Assembly: GCF_022539665.2 (NCBI RefSeq)
Contig: NC_081333.1
Coordinates: 1,240,001-1,304,000 of the forward strand
Reading direction: 5' to 3'
From: Daphnia carinata
Taxonomy: Eukaryota
DNA length: 64,000 bases
The notes beneath the pieces were generated by a model. It had not been told where the DNA came from. It saw only the letters and a list, made by a program, of their open reading frames with translations, and made no database searches. Positions 24,969 to 37,516 of this stretch are shown here, piece after piece; position 1 is the stretch's first letter; the number at the start of each line of letters is the position of its first letter. A program made the translations under genes and the position numbers.

Positions 24969-26142
24969 TTCTTTGTTTTACAAAAACTTCAAATTGAAAT
25001 TACTGAAACCTAATCTAGGACTTATCCACGTTTAACTTTTGATGAACAATTCACTCTGAAAATCCAGCAAATTCAACTTTTAAAGCATCCAGCAACGTGG
25101 GTCCCACACTTTTTCATTCGTATTTGCTTGTTTTTTCGTCTGCTAGCTCGGTTCAAACGCCATCTAGAAGCTAATTTTTGCATAACAGGATATTTTCTGT
25201 TGGATAGAAGACGAAAGCAAAGAAAAACATGGGGAGGGACAAGTAATTTTCCTTTACACTCCTATTCCAAACTTATATTCTGTACGCAACTACACATGCT
25301 ATTAAAAAAAAATCTGTTTGTGCGCCTCAGTTATCACAACGGAAAACCATATGTCACCAGGTGCGGCCTATAAATGCAGAGACGTTCCAACATTCAGTTG
25401 AATCTAACCTTTAAGTCAAGACCTCACACCAAGTAGGGAAAGAGAAATTGGCTCTGTTTTATTATAGTTTACAAAGCAACGATAAAACGAAGTCGCGACT
25501 CAAATGGGTACGAAATTTCTCGTTCCTTCAGTAAATTCAAATGTAGAAATTGACAAGCCTTTTTTTTTCAATAAGTTTCAATTCATCAAGTTCCATAACC
25601 AACAACTGATTCAATCCAATCATCCATTCATTTCAACTATAGCTATAGCATATGCAGTCTAAGCGAAATACCGATTATCGTACCATTTTTTTATGACCGG
25701 GTATGGAAGGTTCAGTCATAAATATAATCAAAAATAAATACAGGGAAGCTCTGTATAATTTCGGGTACAATCATTGCCACAATATATTATTGGGAAAGGA
25801 GTCGTGTTAAAGAACATTTTCCTTGGAATGCTGTTGGAATGTCCAGCGACAACGTCATAACAACAATACATTCGTGCTTTTCATTTTACCTTCATCTGAA
25901 AAAAAAAAAAATAATAATTTTTGCGCCAAAGAAGAGGCTAATAGCGAATAGGGTGTGCGTAATTTTACGGAATTTCAACTGCTTTAGTTTCGTCCCATTC
26001 AATTTTTTATTTTAATTTATTTATTAAATTGTTTTTGTTTGTTTGGACAGTGATGCTGGATTTCGTTGGCTATTCTTTTTCCCCCGTTCTTGATATCAGC
26101 AGACACCATCTTTTTCGTTCAGGGAAATAGCAACACGGGTTC

Positions 26143-28459
26143 TTACATGTGTCGGGTATTGCCGAAGTTAAGTCCACTCTGGTTGGCTCCCTTGTTGGAT
26201 CCGTACTGGAGGGAGATGACAGTGTCTCCGGCCCTCAATTGCTCCTCAGAGAACTGACGGGCATTCTTCTCAGCCTCTTTGGGTCCAATCGACGGCTGAC
26301 CGTACTTGGAAGCCTGCGTGACAAATGGCAAAAGATATGCATTTTATTATTGAAGAAAGGCTTCGTTTAACGCTTGACACCCTTCTCCTGGCAATAAACG
26401 TTTTCGTTTCTATGTAAGTATACGTTGTAGGTGTAATAACAATACCTTGCGACCGAGAGCCTGGAGGCAGATGACGACAGCATTGAGATTCTGCCTCTCC
26501 CACAGATCGACGGTCTGGAAGAGCTCCTGAGATGGCACGCCAAAAGTCTTGGCGGCTTCCAGGAAAGAGTTGATATTTTCCATGCACTTGAAAGCCATTT
26601 TGCTCTCTTGGACGCGCTTGATGATGCCTGGCTGCATAACATTGGCCAATCTGTTTGTTTTTTTATTTATTCAATGCGAAACCAAAAAAAAAAAATTTTT
26701 TTTTAAATTAGAAAAAACGTGAAGTGAAAGTCCATTTTCTATCTTTGTTTACTTGCACAAGAGTGTTCCGTCGCGCAAATGCTGGTAAATGTTATCGGGA
26801 TCCCCGGATGTGTTGTCAGGTTCGCCTGTCAACTCACGGATCCATTCGAGAACCTCCTGGGCATGCTCCTCGCTGTATTTGCTCATGATCTGTGCATCAG
26901 TAAAAACAAGAAATACTTTGACATAAGGCAAGGTTGTTTGCTATACAGACATTTTGACAGTTGGGAATTGACAGTTATTTTCCTTCTTTAATCTACGATA
27001 AAATCCATCAATGTCAACGAAAGGACCTTTTGAATCCTTTGAACTTCTCGAAGTTTCGCAATTCGATTTACCATGTCGTATTGAGACAATAAAAAACTCA
27101 CGTTCCTGGTATGCCTCAGTGACTTCAAATATTCTAATCTGAACTAGAGCAAATCGCTTTAATTCCGTTACACGCAAACATTCGCGTTTACATAAATGGC
27201 ATATCATATAAGCTCTTGGAACACATAAGAGAAGAACGACATTTATCGCCTTCTCTCTTGCCGCATAAATCTCGAATTTCGTAAGAGTTTTTTTTTTGGC
27301 TCTACCAATGAAAAATAAAAGTGTGAGAGTGGACGAAGGGGGAATTAGGTTGCATTTCAATACTCGGCGCCAAAGCTCTACGTAACCCATTTGCATTTAC
27401 CTGAAAAGGCGTCGTGACCGTTATCGGCATGACCAAATATGATGATGAGAAGTTTTTTTTCTTTTTACTTTGGTTCGTTTTATTATTTTCTCTAGTCCAG
27501 ACTTTTTAGCACATTTTTTTGTACGTGTGCTTAATGCGGTCATTCCAAAATGTTATTAGACTAACGCCATCATTGCTTTAAAACACAGTTCTCTTCACGT
27601 ACTACCTTTTGCCGCTAGGCTAATTTTTATAATTATGTTGTCTCTTCCCTTTTTTTTTAAATCATGGCAATTCTTAATGTTTTTTAAAAACTGATTACTG
27701 TGCTATTTTTTTAAAAAGAGTCACGACTAGCAGAAATTCGCTAATCCACCAAGGATCCGTTTGATTACGAAAAATATGCATATAATAAAAGGCTAACATG
27801 TTCCGATGGGTGGAGCAGAGTTATAATGTTCGAGAAGCAAATCCCGTGTTTGATGTCGTAGTACCAGACTAATAAAACACGATATTTTTTTGTGCAACAT
27901 CCGGTTGCAATGTGGTAGATCGCGACACACCGACCATAAAATTTTTTTTTCTTTTTGTATGTGAAGAAAGTTTCATTCTTTAGAATTCACGTTGAAGAAA
28001 TACGACCTACAATGTAATCATCCCACCCTCGAGTTCCTGTGGTCGTTTTGACACGCAGCACGTTTGATTGGTGATATTGCAGCTTACGTTATCCAAAGCT
28101 TTGACAGCACAACACTCACGTTATACGTATCCAACTTAAACCGGCAATGGAAAAATTACCGCTTTATCAATTACATCACGCTCTAAAATAAAACATTTAC
28201 GTCATCAAAATCACAAGTACATTAGAAGTGAAGCAAGAACGTACTATCAGACCACCTAAACACTAAGCCTACAGCAAGTGGTTTGTAATTGTGCAAAGTA
28301 TACGAGTTCTAATCAGAGACTTGGTTTCCCCATAAAGTCTGCCAACTGACAATTCTCTTCATTGTTTTAAGTTAAACAAAAAATACATTTGTTTTCTTTT
28401 TTTACCTTGGCCTGAGCTTCGGCAGCGAAACCGGATTTGGTGGCTCGGATGTTGGACAT
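26143..28459 (-). CDS. Chd64: Transgelin/myophilin family calponin-homology protein (Chd64 ortholog), 4 exons
   Basis: MSNIRATKSGFAAEAQAK|IMSKYSEE...LRDGTLLCK|LAN...MAFKCMENI...FQTVDLWERQNLNAV...|...ISLQYGSNKGANQSGLNFGNTRHM* (CH domain plus one calponin repeat). Confidence 0.95.
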
Positions 28460-29951
28460 GTTGACAACAAATATGCAAAAGGTTGGTCGCGAATTAAAGG
28501 TTGGGCAACAACGAACGGAGAAATGTACAGTTCGATCCTGAGCGGCTGACGGCGAACGACTGAGGTCTCGACACGTAGTGCACCCTCCCTTTAGTATGCC
28601 ACTTTGCTTTCGTCCCAGCGATAGAGGGAAAAAAGGGGGCGGGAGCATTTTTTTGTTGCCGTAATATCTGGCAACAAAGATTCTGAACAAATTCTTTTTT
28701 TCTTTCTAGCATTCCAAACAAATTGAAAAAAAAAAAAAATGAAATTTCCGTACGGCTTGTCTCGGTTTCTTGTGTATCCGGTGTCGAAGCGCATAGCTGA
28801 TTGCAGATGATATCATCAAGAAGAATGTCGCCAAGTGAGTTTGCTAATGACATCACCCTACTGCAATCCTCAATGCCTTTCGGCAATTTCCTTTTGCAAG
28901 AGTATACGGCCTTTTTTAAATTTTTTTATGCACAAACAGCTTAGTCAGCGTCATATCTAGTCCTCCCGCGCGTCTCACTATTTCAACCGCAGCCTCCCGT
29001 GTAAGGGATGTGCAGTCATGATCGTTACGGCAGCCGCAGTTGCTTAGCGCTTGTCTCGGACAGCCATTTGTCTTCTCTAGACTTTAACCCCCATCTATTT
29101 TTTTTTTTTTTTTGAAGCGGGGATTTTAAACAAGACACTTGTTGTATGAACTGAGACGTGATTGAATAACGTAAAACGATCAGCCGTTTTACCTGATTTG
29201 GAACATGACAGATCCACTTGCTAACCCGCTGCGACGATATGATACGTTACTCCCTAACAAGGCAAAATGAACAAAAAAATTAGTTACATTTTTTAAACAA
29301 CACCAACAGAAAAAAACAAACAGGTGCGCATCAGCGTGTATTTTTTTTGTTAGGCAGGTCTATGTCGATAATATCGTATTGATTTGGGTTCTTGTATTCT
29401 TTATTGTTTGGTTGAAATTATTTATCCCCCCCCCCCTTTCTTCCCTTGTTTCTTTTCTTCCTTTTTAGGGCGTGTCCTGTGCTGGATGCTGCTTGATGAG
29501 ATAATCGATAACACGCCAGCAGACCACTAAAAAAAAAAAAGAAAAGAGGGGAGACCTAGAGAGAGAGTGAAACAAACAAACGGTCATTCCGGTTGAACAA
29601 GTTTGCCAGACTCTCCAAACTGAATAATTTTAATGTTTTCGGTGATTTCTCGAATGAGTCACCAGTTCATTTTCTTATTTATTTTTTTTTTTACCAGCTT
29701 TTTTTGGAGGACAATTCACCTTTGGACTAGTTACACTCGTCCTTTAAGGACGTAAGTACGTGGAAAAAAAAAAATCTGAATAATGTACAGCATGAAATGG
29801 GTGCGAGGACAAGAGCGCGTTCATATAATAGACAGAAGTAAATATGTAAATAAAAAAGGCACACGGTCGGGTCGAGGGAGAGACGGGCGACGTTGTTGGG
29901 CTGATGGCTTGCGTCAGATGCAGCACACGCATCTTCGAGTCCAGATTGTGG

Positions 29952-29961
29952 CCATATATGG
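29952..29961. promoter_or_regulatory. CArG box (SRF site) upstream of Chd64
   Basis: Perfect CC(A/T)6GG match: CCATATATGG, about 1.5 kb upstream of the Chd64 ATG. Confidence 0.5.
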
Positions 29962-31142
29962 TCAAGGAATATCCCCCTTCGATCGTGCCCTTTCTCCTAC
30001 ACGCTGAATCCCGCTCCGCCGTTGCCTTCGTTCACCAATGATCTTCACGCTCTCTTATGGCTCGAAACGGAACCTCGTCCTATATATCCTGTCTCTGCTT
30101 TCCATCTTTCTCGGCTGCCCCTTTTTTTTTTTCCACGACATTCTCTCCCTTCTTTTCTCATTGGCGTTTATCCGCCGTTTGATATATTCACGCAGCGTTG
30201 CCACGATTTTTGCCGGCGTGACTCGACCGTTTCGATCTCCTACCTTTCAAGAAACGTGTTTCTCTTGCAAACATTTCGGTACGAGATCTTTAAAAAACAA
30301 AAAAAAATAATAAAAATGGGGTTTCGTGTAAAGGTGCAACCCTGCATCGTTTTCTTCCCTTTTTCTTATCCAACCATCGGCGTTCATCCAGCAGCAGATG
30401 ACGTGGAATTACAGACCCGCCAGTGTGTAGTCATTCCAAAGAGTTTGCATACCCGCACAATCACCGCTTGTTCGGGGAATTAGTCATCAGTTTAGACACT
30501 GCCTTTGATTTTTTTTTGAGCTATAGATGATTATGACACACACATGCAAGATGGCGTTATATCATCCATTCATTTTCGCCAAAAAAAAAAGATTTGGAAA
30601 TAGGAAAACAAAAATCTGCCCATTTTCAGTCGATGGCTGATATAGCAAACGAAGGAGAAGCTTTTTGCACTGCCGAAAGTGTTAACCAACTGATAGAGGA
30701 AGAATAAAAAGAGAGAGAGAGACATCGCATAAAGAAAAACTTTCACTTCGTGCATATAAGAAAGTTACAAAACTACGATGCTTTGTTTAGAAATGTTGGC
30801 CGTTTGTTGTCCGCACGCAAACGGCTAAAGTTTATCTAAGCGGATGGGAGACGAAAACAGAAGATGTTTAATCATTTAAGAAGAGTCTGGGATTCCTCCA
30901 GCTGTAGATTGTAGATGAGACGGAGGGGGAGGGGGGGGGTTGAAACGGCAAGTGATGCATATGGAGATAAATGCTGATGTACAGCGACGAGCAAGCGAAA
31001 GGTTCGTCGCACGGCTTGTCCCATTCCTTGGCGTGCAGCTTGAACAAGCGGAGCCGGCAGCTGGACGAACAAGGCCAGAACCAGGTGTCGTGGTTGGTTG
31101 TTTATGCAAGCCAGCTTGTACAGGTATATTGTATGTGTAGTT

Positions 31143-31152
31143 CCTTATATGG
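31143..31152. promoter_or_regulatory. CArG box (SRF site) upstream of Chd64
   Basis: Perfect CC(A/T)6GG match: CCTTATATGG. Confidence 0.5.
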
Positions 31153-34100
31153 CCGCATAGTCGTGCAGCCATACTATACAATATATGCTGTGTGTTGGCT
31201 GGTGGAGCGTGAAGCTTTTGCGCCCTTGGGCGGTGCCTTGATCGTTGAATCTTTTTCGGGGGGGAATAAATATATACACGCGACTCTCTCCCCCTTTCTT
31301 TCTGTTCTTTTCTTGCCCGAATAAGTTCCTCCACGTTCGATGCTAGTCATCGTCTCGACTTTTGTCAAACCTTTCCCCTTTCTCCGCCTTCTCCTCCATC
31401 TTCTTATCTCTAAGCTTGAAGAAGCCAAATTTAAGGCTTATTCAAGCCTTTTTTTTCTTTCGCTTTTGTTATAGACACGTAGGAAACAGATAAACATAAA
31501 GATTGGCAATTCTGTTTTGCTAATTCTATTTCGTGTGGAATGTGCATACCCCACTTTCCTCTGGTTTTCTCTTTGATGCACAAGGGTCCATTTATTTAGT
31601 CGACTATATGTATCATATATATGGAGAGAGTGTGGAAACACTTAGAGAGGGGCATGTCAAAAGACTATCGTCTAGACGAATGAAATGAATCGTTTTCTTC
31701 ATTTTTGAATGTGTATACGTTAACAATTTATCTTGTACAAAGACCCAAACAGAAAAGGAATGAGAAGATGCCATCAACTGTATAAACAAACGCTGGAGAA
31801 GTGATGAAAGAGAAGAATCGTTAAACAGGTAGATATATATATATAGGAATGTACACACAGTGCCCTGGGCGAAACATGAAATCAAAGCTGAAATGCCATA
31901 TTGTAGAGTGGGTGTGAGCAATGACATTGAATAAACGAACTCAAGCATGTTTATTTCACTCGAGTTTGATATAAATTAACGCGTATTGTAATATGCAAAA
32001 CTGATGATTGTAGTGACCATCAGCTATGCCGGCTTCTTGACGCGCAGGTGACGAATTAGCCCGTCGACAAGAACAACTGGACATGAGTGATTACACATTT
32101 TTAGGAGAATGTTTAGCAAGACATCACAACACTCCCACATTGCGATTCGATGCTCATCGTTTTGTTATTTGTTTCATTTACAGACAATTCAAGATAAGCA
32201 TCAATTCTTATCGTTGAGCAGGAAAAAAAAACAAAATTGCTGAAAGCCAATATATTACACGCTTGTGTTTTTACAACCAAATCTGCCGTACCTTTTTTGT
32301 CGAAAGTATTTTTTTCGGAAAGAGAAATTTGATTCGAGGTGACACACATGAGGCCAACAAAAAAGGAGAGAAATGGATTCAACAGCTGTCATTTGAAACA
32401 CGTTTTTAGCCGACGGTGATTTCCAATAAAAAAACAAAATTTCAGTTGGAATGAAATATCGACCAACACGGATCACCCACCGGATACACCATATGGAATC
32501 GGAGGACTGCCAGTCAGACGACCTTTTTCTCCTCTTTCAATCTCGAAGATGCACAAGATCATATGGCAGAAGCGGCTTCCATTGACGAATGACTCACGCC
32601 GCCCACTGTGCTGCTCCGCACGTACCTGCCGCATTACAGACAATTAAATAAGATCAATTTCGTGTTAGAGTTGTACTCAATCTGCATGTCCTGGATTTTT
32701 GTTTCTATTGTCCTATTATTGGGCGGAAAAAGGGGAGATGGTGGTGTAAAAGGAAGACCACATATGGCTCGTCCATTAAACAGGCCATTGGATAACGATA
32801 CAGATTTAGTGCATAGTCATTGGGTAATCTATAGCCTGCAATTACGCCTAATTATACGCATTGAAAAGCATATGCGGGCTCAAAATGAAAAGACGCGTTT
32901 CTCGGAATTAAAACAAAAACTAATCCATTGGGATGCTGTGTGTGTATAATTATTGGGTTGTCGACAGCCGGATTTAACCCCGAGAATCATCGATGTAACA
33001 ACATTAAGTGAGAAACATTCTACGTTTGATGTTTCGACTGGTGCAATTTGTTCACCTTCTTGCCAATCGTCTGTATTTCAGATGAAAACTTCATTTGATG
33101 TCAACGCTCCCCACCGTGCACATCTTTTGTTCTTTATTTTACAATAATTTTTCTGAGAAAGGCTAACCAGAAAATTGACTGAGAACTGGGTGATTCATGA
33201 CTCAAGCGTTGCGGCTACGAAGGGCGCATTAAGAAAGGCTGTACAGCGTGATTTACTATTCAGACTGCTATGCGATCATATATTCAAAAAAAACGAAGGA
33301 TAAATGATTAAAAAGGGGGAAAAAATGAAATCAATGACGGTGACAAGGACGCGCTTGTGTAGTTAAAAATATGGCTGGAAGCAAAATCGGGTAATCATAC
33401 GAATCGACTTGACACACGGCCTTCCATAAAAGACGTTAACATGTGAGTAAATGCCTGTTCTTCCTCACCAATATATACAAGCGCAGCCTTGACACACATT
33501 CTTTGTTCTTACTACGTTTTCAACGAAACAAGACGAGGATTAAAGAGAAAAGAGTCTCGTATGTTTATCTTATATTTGTGGGTGAAGCCAATGTTTTTTA
33601 AAGCTATCGGGGTTGACGATGTTTCTGTTAATGATCACACAAAAGTTTTTTTCGACTACTAAAATTCAACAAGGCGAAATGAACGAGAAAACAAAAAGCT
33701 TCGCTGATTATAATTGATCGTAACTAAGAGAATAACAGCGGTACCTGATTGCCCTGTTTCAACTCTCTTTTGCAAAATGTTATCCCCCATTTAAAATCTT
33801 TGGCTTACATACGCACACACCGTCTGCTTTCACGTTTCTCTCGTACACCGACGAGTTCTGTTCAGCTTCATTGGATTCACGGAAAGAGAAAATTGCCATC
33901 AGACTTTATATACGACGTAAATATAGAATTAAGATGATGTGGTTGAAAATCAAGGGAGGCCAGAAGTCACGCAAACGGGCCACTCTGTTCGATATCATCG
34001 ATGACCGTATACGTCTATAAATCTGATTTGAATCACAAGGAATCAGGCCTTCATTCTTCCGAGTTCTTAGAAAATAGGGTAGCCACGTAGGCATAATGCG

Positions 34101-37100
34101 GTTAGTTATATATGTTCTTCCCCTTTAAAATTCACACCACCCGAACTGGTACGGCGTTAATTCAATTCCCCTTCAACCGGCCAGCCTTAATAATAAATCA
34201 TTCTTAGCTGCCATTTTAGAAATCACGCAATATGCGCTACTGGACAGACACCGGCCTTGACGCTACATACAACTGATGCAATCAAACATTGGGGTTTCGT
34301 GCGTCAAGAAAAGTAGTAGACCCAAGCCAACAGAACCGGACTGATTCCAATTTTGGGTATCTACTCATGTTTTTTTTTACTTGTTCGCTATGCGTGTGCG
34401 ATTTGTATACCTGTGAATGGCGGTTTCACAGGTTTCCATTTTCAGAAAGAATTTCTACTTACCACCTAGGAAAAAAAATAGTGACAAATAAAACAAAAAA
34501 AAACATGGAGAGAAATGAAAAAAAGAAATATGTGGTAATCTGTTTTTAATTATTAGCAGGAGTCTGATCAATAACCCACATGTCAGGTGGTACTCTCTTC
34601 ACTCTGACCCTCCTTTCTTGGCCTTTGTAACCTGACGCTTCCCAAACGGTAATGATTACGTGCTGGACGCGCCCCCTCCAACTCTAACCGATTTCCGACA
34701 TTCCTTTCAAATCGTTTATGCACGGTATCATTGTTATTGCTTTTGTTCATCTTCTTCTTCTTCGAAACGCGGCTCGTGAGAGACCGTGACTTCGTGAAGG
34801 CTCTTTCTTTTATTTTCTCATCATTAACTTCTTTTTTTTTCCCACTATAGCGAACAAGGACGTGAAATCATGATAAGAATAAGACCATTTGTAAAATTAC
34901 TCGGTTGCTATTTGTTAAACAAAAAAAAAAAAGTCTGCTATAGGTGCTGACGCATCGAAGTAGAATTTCAAACTGAGCGAAGGATACGAGTCCATAACAA
35001 TGTACGCATACGATGTGTAGAGAAAACAAAGTTTCCTTTTGTCGTCTGGTTAGTTTGACTTTTTAAGGGATTTCTTTCCCATTTTTAGAATTGAAAAAAT
35101 ACACCCCGAAAATTCAAATTCGTGTCAACCGTTTCTCTCAGCTTCTTATGCGCGTTTATAGGTTGTTCTTGGGGATCGTTCTTCTTTCGCCATTTCAATA
35201 AAGAAACCTTGACCCGATTGGCATTTCTTGCAACCTTTACACCCGTCTTCACGACCGCAATAATACATCATGAATGCCGCACACATAAATGTTTATTTCA
35301 AAATATCGTTTATATGAAACTGACGACAACTCGTATAACTTCTTTAACGTCGGTTCTCCTCTATGCTGGAGGAGGTATGACTCATGGCCAACGTCGTCTA
35401 CCATTTAAGCTAAGTCTACCAAGTTGCTAATTTAAATAAAAATCAGAGTTTCAATCAATCAGCCGTTATGTTCAGTTGAATAAACTGAAATCGGCGAAAG
35501 AAAGAAGGATTTATCGCAATATATGATTAGAAAGACTGATGGAGATCGATAGAAGGTATATACGAATAAATCGAAAAGAAAAAAAAAAGAAAATGATATC
35601 AAACTGATGTTAAAGTCTTATTAGCAATCGCGTTTGGTGTCCAGTCTATTTCGGCTGGTCAGACACGCACAGTTTGCCAACACCTGTACAAAATCGTATA
35701 ACTACCTCCCACTTGTGTCTGCTATACATCGCCGGCGCTATTGTTATGTCAAAAGCAAAATATGGTCGCCCTATAAGCATCCAGTCCGTTTATTAGTTCC
35801 TTTCACCTTCATAAAAAAAAACAAAGAAACCTAAAGAAGGAAGCAAAAAAAAAAAAAAAGAGGGGGATCTAACTATAAAATATTCAATCGTTTGCTAGTT
35901 AACGTCGGTTCACCGTACTCTTTTTGTTTCCTTTTTTCCTTACTCAGAACGATCGCATATTTTTTTTTTTTGAAAAATGAAATTTCATGCATAGATGAAT
36001 GATGAATCTGAAACAAGTAAATACTCACGATCCTTTCCTTATAGGGAACGTGAATCGGCGTGATAATAGCCGTACCGCTGTCGCTAGATGGCCGTAGCTT
36101 GCAGGCCCCCATAATCAAAAATCGAATGAATAAGAACTCTCAATAAGTTTGTAAAGCTGGGATTGGGGACGGTGTTACATTCAAATGCTCTTCAGCGTCA
36201 GTTTCAATTCCTTGAAATCTCGTCTCTCCCCTTACCATGAAACGCTAATGTGTACCGTATCACGCTACACTGCTAACAGTTTGGAAAAACTTCTGCCTGA
36301 GTGCTATTGAATAGCGAAATATAAGGGTACAATCACATTAGGTTTTAATAGCTGAAGCTGTCTGTTATGCCGACGCCAATGGGATGCGAATACGTCAATT
36401 AGCGAATGATTGATTTAAAAAAAAAATAAATAAACTAACGTCATGTGACTACAACGTGAGCTGTTGCTTTAAAACAACGTATAGATTTAGTCTATATAAA
36501 AATAACTCCCGAAAAAATCTTTTAGCCGTGAAAAACAATTGTTCAGAGGAGTTAGACAATCGACTACAGCCCGTTATCAGGGTGGGGTCTTTACTTCTTC
36601 AATAATTAATGCTATACGTCATGATGACATAGCTGTCGTGTACGTCGTACAGACAGCGAGCTTTAAAGTGCTGGATATACTTGAATGACATTATTGAATT
36701 TCATTTACCGTCCATCTCTGCTCCCACGCAGATAAAGGAAGATTAAGCGGCTGCTCATTTATTTTGTACGATCATCTACCATAGTTTCGGGCAGGGATGG
36801 TCACGAAACCCAATTTCAATACTACTCAATTACCCTGAAAGTGCACGAGCGCCTAACGAGCCTCTTACAGATCAGAATGATCCAGCCTACGCATAACAAG
36901 GGAAGCTGACCGAATGATCGATAAATCAAGGGAATCATTTTACCTTGAACGCATTTCGTCGTTTCCGAGAACAATTTAAGCCTTGCTTCATACTTACTCA
37001 TGTTAATCACATAATGGAACACGGATACTATGCCGGATTTATTTTAACCGCAAAGCCGATGTAGACCATAAAGCTTTGCATACGTCAAGTGGAATTTAAT

Positions 37101-37516
37101 TACCTTGTCTACCTCGACATATATATATATATACGTATTGTTACACAGGATTTCCCTGCTGGCAAAAGAATGTTTTTTATTTGAATTCCAGATTGGTATA
37201 AGCGAAAGATGCGTTAGACTGCTGATGAAAAAGAATTGCTTTATACCATAAGCTCACATGTCCTTATTCGCGTAGTTCAAAAATAATGATTAGATTATAG
37301 AGGTAGGCTATTTGTAATCAACAGACGTCGGAGACGTTGTACAATATTAATATTGCAGGATAGCAACATATAAAAAAAAGGAAAGCCAAAATCGCTAATC
37401 AGGCTTTAAAGAAAAAGAATTAATTAGACCATTAGAAATGGCTTTTGCCTTCAAGAACACAAACGAATAAACCCTCTAGAGGCTGCGCCATTCGAATATT
37501 CTTATATACAACTTAC

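Noticed and set aside
26941..27396. 151-aa ORF inside Chd64 intron 1
   Set aside because: No recognisable domain, passes through homopolymer runs, no splice support.
30872..31428. Overlapping ORFs in a GC-richer block, considered as a neuropeptide precursor for the nearby GPCR
   Set aside because: No signal peptide, repeated peptide or amidation pattern; ORFs run through simple repeats. More likely regulatory DNA.
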